Assembly: GCA_018657385.1 (NCBI GenBank)
Contig: JABHXF010000009.1
Coordinates: 2,554-66,553 of the forward strand
Reading direction: 5' to 3'
DNA from: Candidatus Woesearchaeota archaeon
GTDB lineage: Archaea; Nanobdellota; Nanobdellia; Woesearchaeales; DSVV01
Length of the DNA: 64,000 nucleotides
Shown: piece by piece, positions 1 through 9,378 of the stretch
How the letters are laid out: the number at the start of each line of letters is the position of its first letter
How positions within the stretch are numbered: position 1 is the stretch's first letter
Program-made: the position numbers and the translations under genes
The notes under the pieces: generated by a model
Told to the model about the DNA's origin: nothing
Database searches by the model: none
The model's input: only the letters and a program-made list of their open reading frames with translations

Positions 1-641
1 CACATTTGGTATAATGATTGACTTTTCATGTAACTAGCATCAATTTTATTTCCCATGATGTTAGCAAAGACTGCTTCTCTAATGTATTTGTCATCATTTT
101 CCAAAAGATCCCATTTAACTTTATTCCATCTAGGTTGACCTTCTTTCCAGTTGAATACTTTATTAAAGATCTCTTTTGAATCATCAGCTCTAAGTCCACC
201 CATGTAAATCTCTTTCTTTAATCCTAATTGTTGCTGTATAGTTCTTTCATAATCTTTCATCATTGCTTGATCAGAAAATAAATCACCACGCACTTTAATT
301 GTGTTTTCTAATTGATCTGATGTAAAACCAAGTGTATTGTAAATTGCTTCCTCTTGTCTTACTGTATCCCAACTATCAAAATCAGAAAACATTGATCTTA
401 CTTTATCATAAGCTAATTTTTTCCCAACCTCTGCAGCTAATGCAATAGCTTCTGGATTGTCATTTAATGCAGACATGTCATATCCTAGTCCGCCTTCTCT
501 AGCTTTTACAAAACCTTTTTCTTTTAAGGCTTCTAAAATACCATGATTAATCATACTATATTCTTGTGAATAACCTTGTTGATCAAGTCTAAAATCTTTT
601 TCAACACCTTTAATATATTCCTCTAAATTTCTTTCAGTCAT
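1..641 (-). CDS. hypothetical protein, truncated by the window edge (N-terminus MTERNLEEYIKGVEKDFRLDQQGYSQEYSMINHGILEALKEKGF...)
   Basis: Absent from the ORF track because it runs off the window. The reverse frame is open from the ATG at 639-641 down to position 1. A GGGGGT Shine-Dalgarno-like motif (complement of 650-655) lies 8 nt upstream. Confidence 0.5.
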   Translation of the reverse strand, partial: MTERNLEEYIKGVEKDFRLDQQGYSQEYSMINHGILEALKEKGFVKAREGGLGYDMSALNDNPEAIALAAEVGKKLAYDKVRSMFSDFDSWDTVRQEEAIYNTLGFTSDQLENTIKVRGDLFSDQAMMKDYERTIQQQLGLKKEIYMGGLRADDSKEIFNKVFNWKEGQPRWNKVKWDLLENDDKYIREAVFANIMGNKIDASYMKSQSLYQM

Positions 642-701
642 TTTGTTTTACCCCCAATTGGTTTTGTTTAAATTTTATTTTTGTTTATTATATGTTAAAC
701 A

Positions 702-1979
702 TTAATAACATACATGATGAATATTAAGTTTTGATTCGATTCCTGTTGGTCTTCCTTCTTTGTCTTTGCCTATTTCTCTAACTTCTAAAACAGCATAGGC
801 TCCTTCACTCATGCCTGCTCCTAAATTTAAATGTCTTTCAGCACTCCAATCATTTCCTACTGCTTCATTTCCTTTTCTATTACAACTTCTCATTGATTTG
901 CTTGAATTTCCGCCAGATATAAGATGGGAAACATTACATATCTTTAAAGTTTTTTCTAAATCTTCATTTCCTAAATTTCCATATATTGGTCTTTTTTCAT
1001 ATTCAATATCAGCATCTAAATCATCAATTTCTCTTAACGGAACAACAACTTCTTCCATTTCTGGAGCTTGTCCAACAATTATTACAGCATCTCTTTTTTC
1101 CCTCATATAAAATGCTTCTTCAAACTCAACTTCTGCACCATATTTTTCCATTGTTTTTCCTTGTTCATATGGAACTATCTTGTATTTCTTATCTTTTTGA
1201 TTATATACACGAGCTGCACTTCCCCTATCAATCCCCTGTTCTTCATATTTTGGAAGCTCATGAGTAATTGCAATTGTTCTTGCACCTTGTTCAGGTGATA
1301 AAAAACTGAAATGATCATCCAGTCCAATAATCCTTACATTTCCTCTTACTTCGTGCTTAAATGTTTCTGTTTTAACTTCTTTTCCTGGAATAACAACATA
1401 ATTTCCTCCAGCTTGTTGATCAAATGTTCCAGGTAGGAATAATAAAAAATGATTTTGTGATCTTACTCTTGGATTATAATGCGCCATATCTCTTATTTTT
1501 TCATCAAACAAAGCTTCTCCAAATTTATCTCTCATTGCTGCCATTACTTCTTTCCAATCATCAACTTTTTCAAATTTCCCAGGTGCTATATAAGCAGGAA
1601 TTTCTTGTTTTGCAAGCATTTCAACTGATCTTTCAATATTATATTTAGTATTACCTAAACCAAAAGCAATTACAGCATCACATCCATGTTGTGACATCTT
1701 TTTTTCAATCTGTCCAATAGTATGTGGGTTATAAGCGTGACCAATTATAAGATATTTTACAACATCTTCATTAGCCCATTCAACTCTTGGAGCTGTAATC
1801 CTTGAAACAGCTCTGTCTTCACCATCTGAACCAACAACTATTAATCCACCTTCGGTTTTTCTAATGTCACCACCAAATATACCTGCTTTTTTTAAAGCAG
1901 CTTCATCACTAGTAACAATACCACCTACTTCATCTGGTGTTTCGTTTCTTCCAAATCTGTCTTTTATAATTCCTGACAT
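702..1979 (-). CDS. hypothetical protein (425 aa)
   Basis: Long ORF; the overlapping + strand ORFs are short, low-complexity shadows. No family recognised with confidence. Confidence 0.6.
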   Translation of the reverse strand: MSGIIKDRFGRNETPDEVGGIVTSDEAALKKAGIFGGDIRKTEGGLIVVGSDGEDRAVSRITAPRVEWANEDVVKYLIIGHAYNPHTIGQIEKKMSQHGCDAVIAFGLGNTKYNIERSVEMLAKQEIPAYIAPGKFEKVDDWKEVMAAMRDKFGEALFDEKIRDMAHYNPRVRSQNHFLLFLPGTFDQQAGGNYVVIPGKEVKTETFKHEVRGNVRIIGLDDHFSFLSPEQGARTIAITHELPKYEEQGIDRGSAARVYNQKDKKYKIVPYEQGKTMEKYGAEVEFEEAFYMREKRDAVIIVGQAPEMEEVVVPLREIDDLDADIEYEKRPIYGNLGNEDLEKTLKICNVSHLISGGNSSKSMRSCNRKGNEAVGNDWSAERHLNLGAGMSEGAYAVLEVREIGKDKEGRPTGIESKLNIHHVCY

Positions 1980-2200
1980 TTTTCACCAATTTTTAACATG
2001 ATTTGTTGTTGTTTTACTCCTAAATTAGGTCTTTTTTACCTAATTTTAACTATATAGTATTCCATGATATAACTAGTATTTAAAGTTTACTATTGTATAG
2101 TGGTTAAATGTGTGACATTTTAGATCTAGTGAGTAGTACATTTATAAATAAATAGAGACAATATAGGTAGAATTGTGAATATTTAAGAAATTAAACCAAA

Positions 2201-3178
2201 TTAATGACTAGCTTGCCATTCTAGGACTGCTTCAATTGCTTGTTTTACTTGCTTTTCAGTGTCTGTTGTATCATTTGAAAATCTTCCTATCTTGATATTT
2301 GGAATACCTGCATTTAATAAAGTGTGAACGTCTTTCCTAACATTCCTTGTTTTCATAGCACATTTAGTTTTAGATGATTCATGTATGTTTTTTAGCATTT
2401 TTTCATATTTATGTGAAAATTCAGTGAAAAATCCAGTAGCTGTTAAAATATTCACTGCTGATGCTTGTGCATAATGCCAATATGAATTACATACCTCTAC
2501 ACAAGGAGAACCTGCAACTCCAACAACCCTATCAAGTGTGTCTCTATCTAATGCTTCAAGCTGTTCAGGAATTGCTGTTTCAGGAGGGGTAATTACAACT
2601 AAATCAAAGTTTTCTAGTTTTCTTCTGTATCCATTAAGTCTTTCTTCTCTTGTTAATATCTTTTCTTCATTATAAAAAGAAGTACATGAACAAACAAAAT
2701 CTAATGAATCTTTTGTAATATCTTTTGCCCAAGATTCTATTCCTGGATTTGCAACAGTGATACTATTTTTCCCATGCATTTTATCTTTATGTTTCTTTCC
2801 CTTTTTTTTCAACACACGTACTGCTCTTGCATTACCTAAGTCCCAATAAGTAGCATCTGGAAAATAATTTGTAAATGTCAAACTTACAGGTATACCTAAT
2901 GAGTTTGCTTCCTCTACACAATTATAGAAATGTTTTCTTATTCTCAGTAATCTACCATATCTACAAATTGTTTTTAGACCTGAAGTTTGAGTTCCGGGAT
3001 CATAAACAAATGCATTTGAATCATCAGAATTTATATTTGGTCTTCCCCCATTAATTCCTGAACCAGGAAAACCAGCGAATAGAACATAATTAATTCCTTT
3101 TGGAAGATCAATAGGTCTTGAATCTCTATAAGTTCCTGTAATAGCATACATTGGAATATGGAGGGTTATTTGTTTCAT
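2201..3178 (-). CDS. hypothetical protein (325 aa)
   Basis: Long ORF with a 4-nt overlap with the upstream gene 3175..3753, suggesting an operon. Confidence 0.6.
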   Translation of the reverse strand: MKQITLHIPMYAITGTYRDSRPIDLPKGINYVLFAGFPGSGINGGRPNINSDDSNAFVYDPGTQTSGLKTICRYGRLLRIRKHFYNCVEEANSLGIPVSLTFTNYFPDATYWDLGNARAVRVLKKKGKKHKDKMHGKNSITVANPGIESWAKDITKDSLDFVCSCTSFYNEEKILTREERLNGYRRKLENFDLVVITPPETAIPEQLEALDRDTLDRVVGVAGSPCVEVCNSYWHYAQASAVNILTATGFFTEFSHKYEKMLKNIHESSKTKCAMKTRNVRKDVHTLLNAGIPNIKIGRFSNDTTDTEKQVKQAIEAVLEWQASH

Positions 3179-3753
3179 TTTAATGCCCCTAAGAATAATC
3201 TTTCAATGGGATGATATGTACTATGGGTTTTTATTTCTTCAGGAGTAGCTTTTCTAGACCATCTGCATAATGACTTTACAATTCTTGCTTCATTACCTAA
3301 CACAACAGACTTAGAATGTGGTTTTGCATATTGATCTGGCAAACCAACAACATTACTAAAAACTGATTGAGCAAACATTGCAACACATGCACTATGATAT
3401 ATGCCACCTACTACTGCATTAATTTCTGAAGATGGAATCTCCCTACCTTGACCTAATAGCTCCAAAATAAATTCAGGATAATACCTTGTTTGAACTTCTG
3501 ACCATTCTGATGTTAATCTTGATGGTAATTTATCAGGATATGTAAATGATGTTTCATAAAGAATGGGTAATGCCTTGCTTTTTGCAATTTCTGTTGCTAT
3601 TGTAAGATTTTCAATGTAAACACCCAAATTAGGGAAAATACAATGTTGGATATGTCCAGTGTAAGGTCCTAATACATGATCTGGATGAATAAGTACTAAT
3701 CCATGAGCCCCTTCAAATGCCTGCTCTAATTGTTCTAATTCTGCCTTGTCCAT
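3175..3753 (-). CDS. hypothetical protein (192 aa)
   Basis: ORF whose stop overlaps the start of 2201..3178 (ATGA-type coupling). Confidence 0.6.
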   Translation of the reverse strand: MDKAELEQLEQAFEGAHGLVLIHPDHVLGPYTGHIQHCIFPNLGVYIENLTIATEIAKSKALPILYETSFTYPDKLPSRLTSEWSEVQTRYYPEFILELLGQGREIPSSEINAVVGGIYHSACVAMFAQSVFSNVVGLPDQYAKPHSKSVVLGNEARIVKSLCRWSRKATPEEIKTHSTYHPIERLFLGALK

Positions 3754-3815
3754 ATACCTAAGAATCAGCTATTTATATATAAATGTTAGTATATTTACTA
3801 CTTAAGAATAAATAA

Positions 3816-4361
3816 TTACTTAACACCAAACAAGCCCTTAAACCATTCAACAAACCTTTTGATAATTGACTTTTCAGTTTGCTTAATTGGAGAATTATTA
3901 ATATCATCAATAATTGTTGTGTTTGTTTTATTTGTTTGATTTGAATCTAATTCTTCTTTTACAACTTCAACAACATCTTTTACTTTCTCAACACCTTTTT
4001 CAAGTTTTTCAGTTGTTTCAGCAGTAATTGTTTTTAATGTTGAATATGAATCAGTTGCTTTATCTTTATTTGTACCACTAGTTAGAATAAATTCACATGC
4101 ATTATCCTCGTCAGAATGCAAAACATAAGCATTTTTCACCCAAATAGTTACCCCATTATGTGTTTCCTTTTGATGTTCTTCAATAATAACTAATTCACCA
4201 TCAACCTTAAATATGCAAGATCCATCCTCAGAAACATCTAATACTTCTATTTCATGACCATTTTGTTCAATAACTTGGTTTTTATTAACAGTTGCAGCAC
4301 TAACAAAAGATGCCATTAACACAACTACAAATAGTGAAATAATTAGTATTTTCTTGTTCAT
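3816..4361 (-). CDS. small secreted or membrane-anchored protein (181 aa)
   Basis: N-terminal signal-like segment MNKKILIISLFVVVLMASFVSAA followed by a hydrophilic T/N/K/E-rich sequence. Confidence 0.6.
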   Translation of the reverse strand: MNKKILIISLFVVVLMASFVSAATVNKNQVIEQNGHEIEVLDVSEDGSCIFKVDGELVIIEEHQKETHNGVTIWVKNAYVLHSDEDNACEFILTSGTNKDKATDSYSTLKTITAETTEKLEKGVEKVKDVVEVVKEELDSNQTNKTNTTIIDDINNSPIKQTEKSIIKRFVEWFKGLFGVK

Positions 4362-4527
4362 ATAGATAGTATTAGTATTCTAGTATATAAATTTTTCATT
4401 AAATTGGGGAAATAAGGGTTTGTAGGACTTGAATGGCTAGAGCTTGAAAGGTATATTTGTCATACAAACCTTCTAAACCTTCTTAAATATACATTAAATT
4501 TAAAAGACAAACTATAATTCTATGTAG

Positions 4528-5622
4528 ATGGCAGTGCGTAGAAGAAGAAATGCAGTAACAACTATAAGTGAAAATGGAGTGTCCAGATTGGATTGTTCTG
4601 GTTGGATGGGAACCATGTATTCTAATGTATTAAATGATTGGAACAGAGGTATTGCTTTACTAAATTCTCCTACTAGATTTCAAACAAGAAATGAAATAAG
4701 ATTAAAATTAGCAGAACTACTTCCACATTTAGCTAGACAAAAAAATCACGATTTTAAAAAAACAACATTAGATCCATTAAAAAAAATTGGTTTACTAGAT
4801 GTTGATTTAACTGAATCTGAAAAAAGATATGCATTGAGTAAACATGGCAGAGAATTAGCAGTCCCAATAGTTGCTTATACACTAATGTGGATGCATGATA
4901 ATTCTTCAAGATGTTTAAAAGAAATATTAGGGCCACCTACATCAAAACCAGTAAATGTTGTTGAAGTAATAAAAACTATTGAAGGTTATTATAATGGAGA
5001 AACAAGAGAAAATGTAGAATTATCCATCGAAGATATTGCTAATGGTGTTACTTTCAGTCAAGATAATTACCATACACAATCAAGTTTTATAAGAAAATTA
5101 CTAGCAAGATATGGTAAACTTGGTTTAGTAGACTATGATTCTGTAGACAAGAATGAACCACTTGTAACTTACAGATGGAATAAACCAGCACCATATTATT
5201 TTATGTTTGATATAATGCCAAGAACAAAATCAGATGAAATTATCTTGTTTCTATACGAAAATAGAGAGAAAAAACCATTATCTGGTGTTGATGTTGCAAA
5301 TGAAACTAGGATATTTCCTGCAGGAGATGTTTACAAAGTATTAGATGCATTAGTTGAACATGGATGCTTGACAAAAGTAGGAGATAGAAAATCACATGTA
5401 ATTGTAAAATCTACTGATGAATTAAAAACAATATATGATTTCTTTTTAAATGTTGAAGAAGCTGTTAATGCCTACTTTTCTGGAACAACTTCTCCAAATT
5501 ATGATGAAATGAAAAAAGCAGATGAAATGTTTAAATCAAGTTTTTTCAAAAATGTACGAATAGTAAAAGGTATTCACAGAGAGATGAAACAAAGATATGA
5601 TAAACAAGTTGGTGTTAGGTAA
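4528..5622 (+). CDS. hypothetical protein (364 aa)
   Basis: Long ORF. The antisense ORF 4754..4936 is a shadow. Confidence 0.6.
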   Translation: MAVRRRRNAVTTISENGVSRLDCSGWMGTMYSNVLNDWNRGIALLNSPTRFQTRNEIRLKLAELLPHLARQKNHDFKKTTLDPLKKIGLLDVDLTESEKRYALSKHGRELAVPIVAYTLMWMHDNSSRCLKEILGPPTSKPVNVVEVIKTIEGYYNGETRENVELSIEDIANGVTFSQDNYHTQSSFIRKLLARYGKLGLVDYDSVDKNEPLVTYRWNKPAPYYFMFDIMPRTKSDEIILFLYENREKKPLSGVDVANETRIFPAGDVYKVLDALVEHGCLTKVGDRKSHVIVKSTDELKTIYDFFLNVEEAVNAYFSGTTSPNYDEMKKADEMFKSSFFKNVRIVKGIHREMKQRYDKQVGVR

Positions 5623-5705
5623 GAATTCTGGGATTATACAATAATTTAAATTTTATTTTATGGTGGGTAACTTTATGTCTCACTTTTGTAATTGAAAAAA
5701 ATGAG

Positions 5706-5736
5706 ATTAACGCCCTTGCGAGGATTTTCACGGACC
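5706..5736 (-). repeat. partial duplicate of the 3' part of tRNA-Arg (att-like direct repeat)
   Basis: ATTAACGCCCTTGCGAGGATT at 5706..5726 is identical to 5796..5816, which covers the tRNA 3' end plus 5 flanking nt. CGGACC at 5731..5736 matches 5824..5829. Confidence 0.8.
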
Positions 5737-5800
5737 TTAATTAAGCTCCACCAAGATATGCGGGTTACGCTTCGCTAACCCACAAAAAAAAAACAATTAA

Positions 5801-5875
5801 CGCCCTTGCGAGGATTCGAACCCCGGACCTCTCGGACCGCAACCGAACGCACCATCCAGACTATGCTACAAGGGC
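5801..5875 (-). tRNA. tRNA-Arg (anticodon GCG), 75 nt, CCA not encoded
   Basis: Reverse complement GCCCUUG-UA-GCAU-AGUCUGGAUG-GUGC-G-UUCGG-UUGCGGU-CCGAG-AGGUC-CGGGG-UUCGAAU-CCUCG-CAAGGGC-G folds as a canonical cloverleaf with a UUCGAAU T-loop. Confidence 0.85.
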
Positions 5876-5918
5876 ATGAAGTAGTGAATTAGTGAGATGT
5901 TTAAATATTTATCTCTGA

Positions 5919-5962
5919 TTTTTTTTAACTAGGTCCGGAGGACATGTTTCTTTGGAATTTTC
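5919..5962 (+). terminator. conserved T-run/ACTAG/hairpin/ATGTTTCT..GAATTT motif (family F2)
   Basis: GATTTTTTTTAACTAGGTCCGGAGGACATGTTTCTTTGGAATTTT. Same motif as the complements of 23236..23282, 24393..24434, 26892..26930 and 34616..34658. Confidence 0.4.
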
Positions 5963-6044
5963 TTTGTTGTTAATTAAAACATTTCAAATTAATTAAAATT
6001 AATTAAATCAGAACAAAAAGAGCCTAACGGCCTGTTATTATTTT

Positions 6045-6854
6045 CTATGCAGTTCTTTGAAAAACATAGCCGTATATGTCATTTCTTTCTATCGGAAAAG
6101 TCCTTTCTTCTTTTTTAAGCAATAATCCATCAGGGAAATGTGAAGAATCTAACCTAGTTATTCCTTCTAAAATTAAATAACCTTCTTTTTTTGTCCTGAC
6201 TCTAATTTTATCCAAGAAATTTTTTATTGTATCAACATCAAGTGTCGTATCAGGTAATGGACTTCTCGTATACAAAATATCTGCAGATTCTAATTCAATT
6301 TGTTTAGGATTAAAATAATCACCATGATGAAACTCTACATTACCATTATTATATTTAGATGCTCGTTCTCTTGCCATCATTAATTTTATTGATTCTATAT
6401 CATATCCCCTAAACTTATTTCCAGAATTTTGAGCTAAAAAACAAAGATTATAACCAAATCCACACCCATAATCAACAACAACTAAACCATCTTTAGGTTG
6501 AGTATCTAAAAAACCACTAAGAAATTTTAATGCATTAATTCTTCCATCATATGATATCTCATCTGACTCAAATATATGGTTGGTTTGACTATGATTTTGT
6601 AATAATTTCATCAATTTTATTTTATTTGTTTGACTTTGGGAAAATACCATCCCTAGATATAATATATTAAGGAGGGGATTAACAAGTGCTTTATCCATTA
6701 AAGCAATTCGAGATTGAGCATGATCCATTCTTTTTATGTCATTCTCTGCTAAATACTTCTTTATCCTCACTTCAAGTTCTCTCATTAAGGAAAGAAGTAA
6801 TGTTTGGTTTTTAAATGTTCGTGATTTTATTTTTTTACTAGATTTGAAGGGCAT
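6045..6854 (-). CDS. class I SAM-dependent methyltransferase
   Basis: Motif I VVVDYGCGFGYNLCFLA, followed by an acidic motif II-like RGYDIE and a HHGDYF motif. Confidence 0.7.
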   Translation of the reverse strand: MPFKSSKKIKSRTFKNQTLLLSLMRELEVRIKKYLAENDIKRMDHAQSRIALMDKALVNPLLNILYLGMVFSQSQTNKIKLMKLLQNHSQTNHIFESDEISYDGRINALKFLSGFLDTQPKDGLVVVDYGCGFGYNLCFLAQNSGNKFRGYDIESIKLMMARERASKYNNGNVEFHHGDYFNPKQIELESADILYTRSPLPDTTLDVDTIKNFLDKIRVRTKKEGYLILEGITRLDSSHFPDGLLLKKEERTFPIERNDIYGYVFQRTA

Positions 6855-6892
6855 GTATTCTTAGGGATTCTTTTTTTATTGTGTTTATTGAG

Positions 6893-6979
6893 AAAAAACA
6901 ACAATGGCAGGCGAGCCGATAGGCGAGTAGGATATTTTCTTTAAGAAAATGTCCGTCTGTGCCATTGTTGTTGTTTTTT
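6893..6979 (+). repeat. structured intergenic repeat family 1, copy A (candidate ncRNA or MITE-like element)
   Basis: Outer inverted repeat AAAAAACAACAATGGC / GCCATTGTTGTTGTTTTTT encloses two hairpins: GAGCC-GAUA-GGCGA and GGAUAUUUUC-UUUAA-GAAAAUGUCC. Confidence 0.75.
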
Positions 6980-7481
6980 CATTATAATTATAATTAATAT
7001 AAAATAAAAAATCACAACAAAAAGAGCCTGACAGCCTGTTTTCTCTGAAATCCATACTTAACTCTCACTTTATGTTTAATTTTTTGCTTATTTCTTATTA
7101 GATTTTCTTGTCTGCATCATTTCGACTAGTGTATTATCTTTTATCATCATAATTCAACAAAAACCAAACAATTATCGTTAAAAACTATTCAATAAAACAC
7201 CAAAACTAGACAATAAAATCCAGAAAGTAGACTAAATTATCTCAACAATTAGTAATTGAAAGATTTAAGCAAGAATTAGATATTAAGAGATTTAATAGCT
7301 AATAAGATTTAAGTAATTATTGAACCTTAAGAGCTATAAAAAACATAACAATTCAATCAAATCTTATATCTTTTCATCTTAATCTGTATACTAAAACATA
7401 TAAATCTTTATAAAGAAAGGGTGTTGTTACTTAGTAATAAGTAATTACTACATAGTAAAAACTAAAATAAAGGTGAAAAAT

Positions 7482-7679
7482 ATGTTTGCAGCATCTCATA
7501 ATGTGAAAAAAGGCTTTAAATCTGTAAAAAAGGACATGGTTTCATTAAAAGATACAATGAATGATTGGACTATTTACATGCAAAAAAATCAGCTTGAAGT
7601 TGAAGAAAGAATTGCTCAAATGGAGCAAAGATTAGCTAGATTAGATGGTATGATAAGCCAAAAAGTGAGGAAAAAATAA
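7482..7679 (+). CDS. small coiled-coil protein (65 aa from the ATG; the track starts at GTG 7473)
   Basis: AAAGGTGA Shine-Dalgarno 5 nt upstream of ATG 7482. The stop overlaps the next start (TAATG). Confidence 0.45.
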   Translation: MFAASHNVKKGFKSVKKDMVSLKDTMNDWTIYMQKNQLEVEERIAQMEQRLARLDGMISQKVRKK

Positions 7680-8197
7680 TGCGTTCAGACGTTGAAATAG
7701 TTAAAACACTTGCTGATGTTTTAGATAATGTAAATAATACTTTTCTATTCGGTATGACTAGTAAAGAATATTCAAGAATTGGTGAATATTTACAACATGC
7801 AACAGACCATAGTGGTGTTAATTTTTATAAATTTCTAGAAGGGAAATTTGAGGTTCCTAGACTTCCACAAATGAATGATATTGTTCAAGAATGTTATGGG
7901 TGGGAAATATCTAGAGGAAGAACTGCAAGTTCTGAAAATCCTAAACAAAAAGCTACAATTATTATTAATAGTATGTTTGATCCATCAGTATTTGGTGGAG
8001 ATACTGAGAACTATTTTGATCGATTTAGAAAGATGATTTCTGATGAAAGGTATAATCCAGGAATTAGATTTATACTTGTAGAAGATCCATTATTAAGCCC
8101 TAAAATCAGTGAAAAAAAGGGTGAAGAGAATCAATTATATCAAGCTGTAACCTATGTAAACATGGCTACAGGTGAATCTAGTAGATTATTGAAGTAA
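7679..8197 (+). CDS. hypothetical protein (172 aa)
   Basis: ORF translationally coupled to 7482..7679. Confidence 0.55.
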   Translation: MRSDVEIVKTLADVLDNVNNTFLFGMTSKEYSRIGEYLQHATDHSGVNFYKFLEGKFEVPRLPQMNDIVQECYGWEISRGRTASSENPKQKATIIINSMFDPSVFGGDTENYFDRFRKMISDERYNPGIRFILVEDPLLSPKISEKKGEENQLYQAVTYVNMATGESSRLLK

Positions 8198-8273
8198 TCT
8201 TACTTAAATATTTCTTGAAATATAGATTAAATCACAGAAGAATTTAAATAAAACCTAAATTTGTAATATTTTT

Positions 8274-8825
8274 ATGGATAAAGAAATAATAGAATGCAAA
8301 TTTGATTCTACTGAGCCAATAGATGAAGCAAGTGTATATAATGCGAATAAAGATCAATTTCTTGATACAGCCAGGTCATATATAGGTCAAGGTCATGTTT
8401 ATTTTTGCAGCTCATTTGAAGGTACTACACAGGTTGCAGTGGAATTTGCAACTCAACAACAAGGAATACCAGTAGTTAAGCTTACAAACATAGTGGGGAT
8501 TGCAAAAACAGGAAGTCCTGGAGAAAATGGAGAAATAGCTGAATTAGAAGCAGATCAATATAATGTTTCTGCTTTGGAAGAATTTCTAAATAGATATTGT
8601 GGTAAAAGTTTAGTGATAAAAGACAATTACCCACTAAATGAAAGAAGTGATACTGTAGATCTTGTTATAGCAACTTTAAGGTATACATTTGCCAATTATA
8701 GTAATAGAGGAGGAGATGTTTTTATATTTGGTCAAAGTGAATTACAACAAGATCAAATAGGTGGATCTTCATATTTAAGAAAGTTAAAATTAGTTGAATT
8801 TGTTCCATATACAACATCAGACTAA
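8274..8825 (+). CDS. hypothetical protein (183 aa)
   Basis: ORF in the same orientation as its neighbours; no recognisable motifs. Confidence 0.55.
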   Translation: MDKEIIECKFDSTEPIDEASVYNANKDQFLDTARSYIGQGHVYFCSSFEGTTQVAVEFATQQQGIPVVKLTNIVGIAKTGSPGENGEIAELEADQYNVSALEEFLNRYCGKSLVIKDNYPLNERSDTVDLVIATLRYTFANYSNRGGDVFIFGQSELQQDQIGGSSYLRKLKLVEFVPYTTSD

Positions 8826-9273
8826 TATTCTACATAATTAGTATACTAACATATAGCTGTCGGTAAAATAGCATAACATAGCCACGAACTACCTTAAAAT
8901 TACGTTGAAGCATATATTTGCATGTTTACCCTGGGTTATACAATCAAGCTATAATAAACTCATTTCTTGGAAATTGTCGGGATTATCCTTTACATTATTG
9001 TATCATTTCATAATCTAGTTTCAGATTCGGGATTTTGTCAGAATTTGATAGTTTAGTGGTATTTGTGTTATTCGGGATTTTCTCGAATTTTTTGAGAACT
9101 AAAATATTTAAGCATTTTTTGAGAAATATTTGATACATTATACTGCATTTATGTGTAAAAATGCCTTAAAATCCATTTATTTCGTTATGCCATTAAGGTT
9201 TAAGCATTGATTGAATGTTTCTAGCTGTATTTTGGCTGTATTTTAGATGTGATTTTGATAAATTTTAAACAAT

Positions 9274-9327
9274 ATTATTTTAACCCTTATTTTAATCATT
9301 ATTTTAACCATTATTTTAACCATTATT
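9274..9327. repeat. 12-bp tandem repeat (ATTATTTTAACC x about 4.5), iteron-like
   Basis: ATTATTTTAACC CTTATTTTAATC ATTATTTTAACC ATTATTTTAACC ATTATT read directly, about 50 nt upstream of the 9379 start. Confidence 0.85.
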
Positions 9328-9341
9328 AAGTAGTTATAAAC

Positions 9342-9355
9342 GAAAGCTTTATAAA
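9342..9355 (+). promoter_or_regulatory. BRE/TATA-like promoter (GAAAGCTTTATAAA) for a leaderless or short-leader transcript of 9379..10782
   Basis: The TATA-like box ends 24 nt before the ATG and no Shine-Dalgarno lies between them. Confidence 0.5.
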
Positions 9356-9378
9356 AAGTAAAGCAACGCCAATATACA

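Noticed and set aside
811-1648. Four + strand ORFs (811..1110, 986..1267, 1068..1298, 1424..1648) inside the 702..1979 gene
   Set aside because: They are short, Leu/Phe/Ser-rich antisense shadows of an AT-rich coding region. They overlap each other in different frames and have no start context.
9274-9327. CRISPR array
   Set aside because: The 12-bp units are directly adjacent with no spacers, which is far too short for CRISPR repeats. No cas genes are present in the window.
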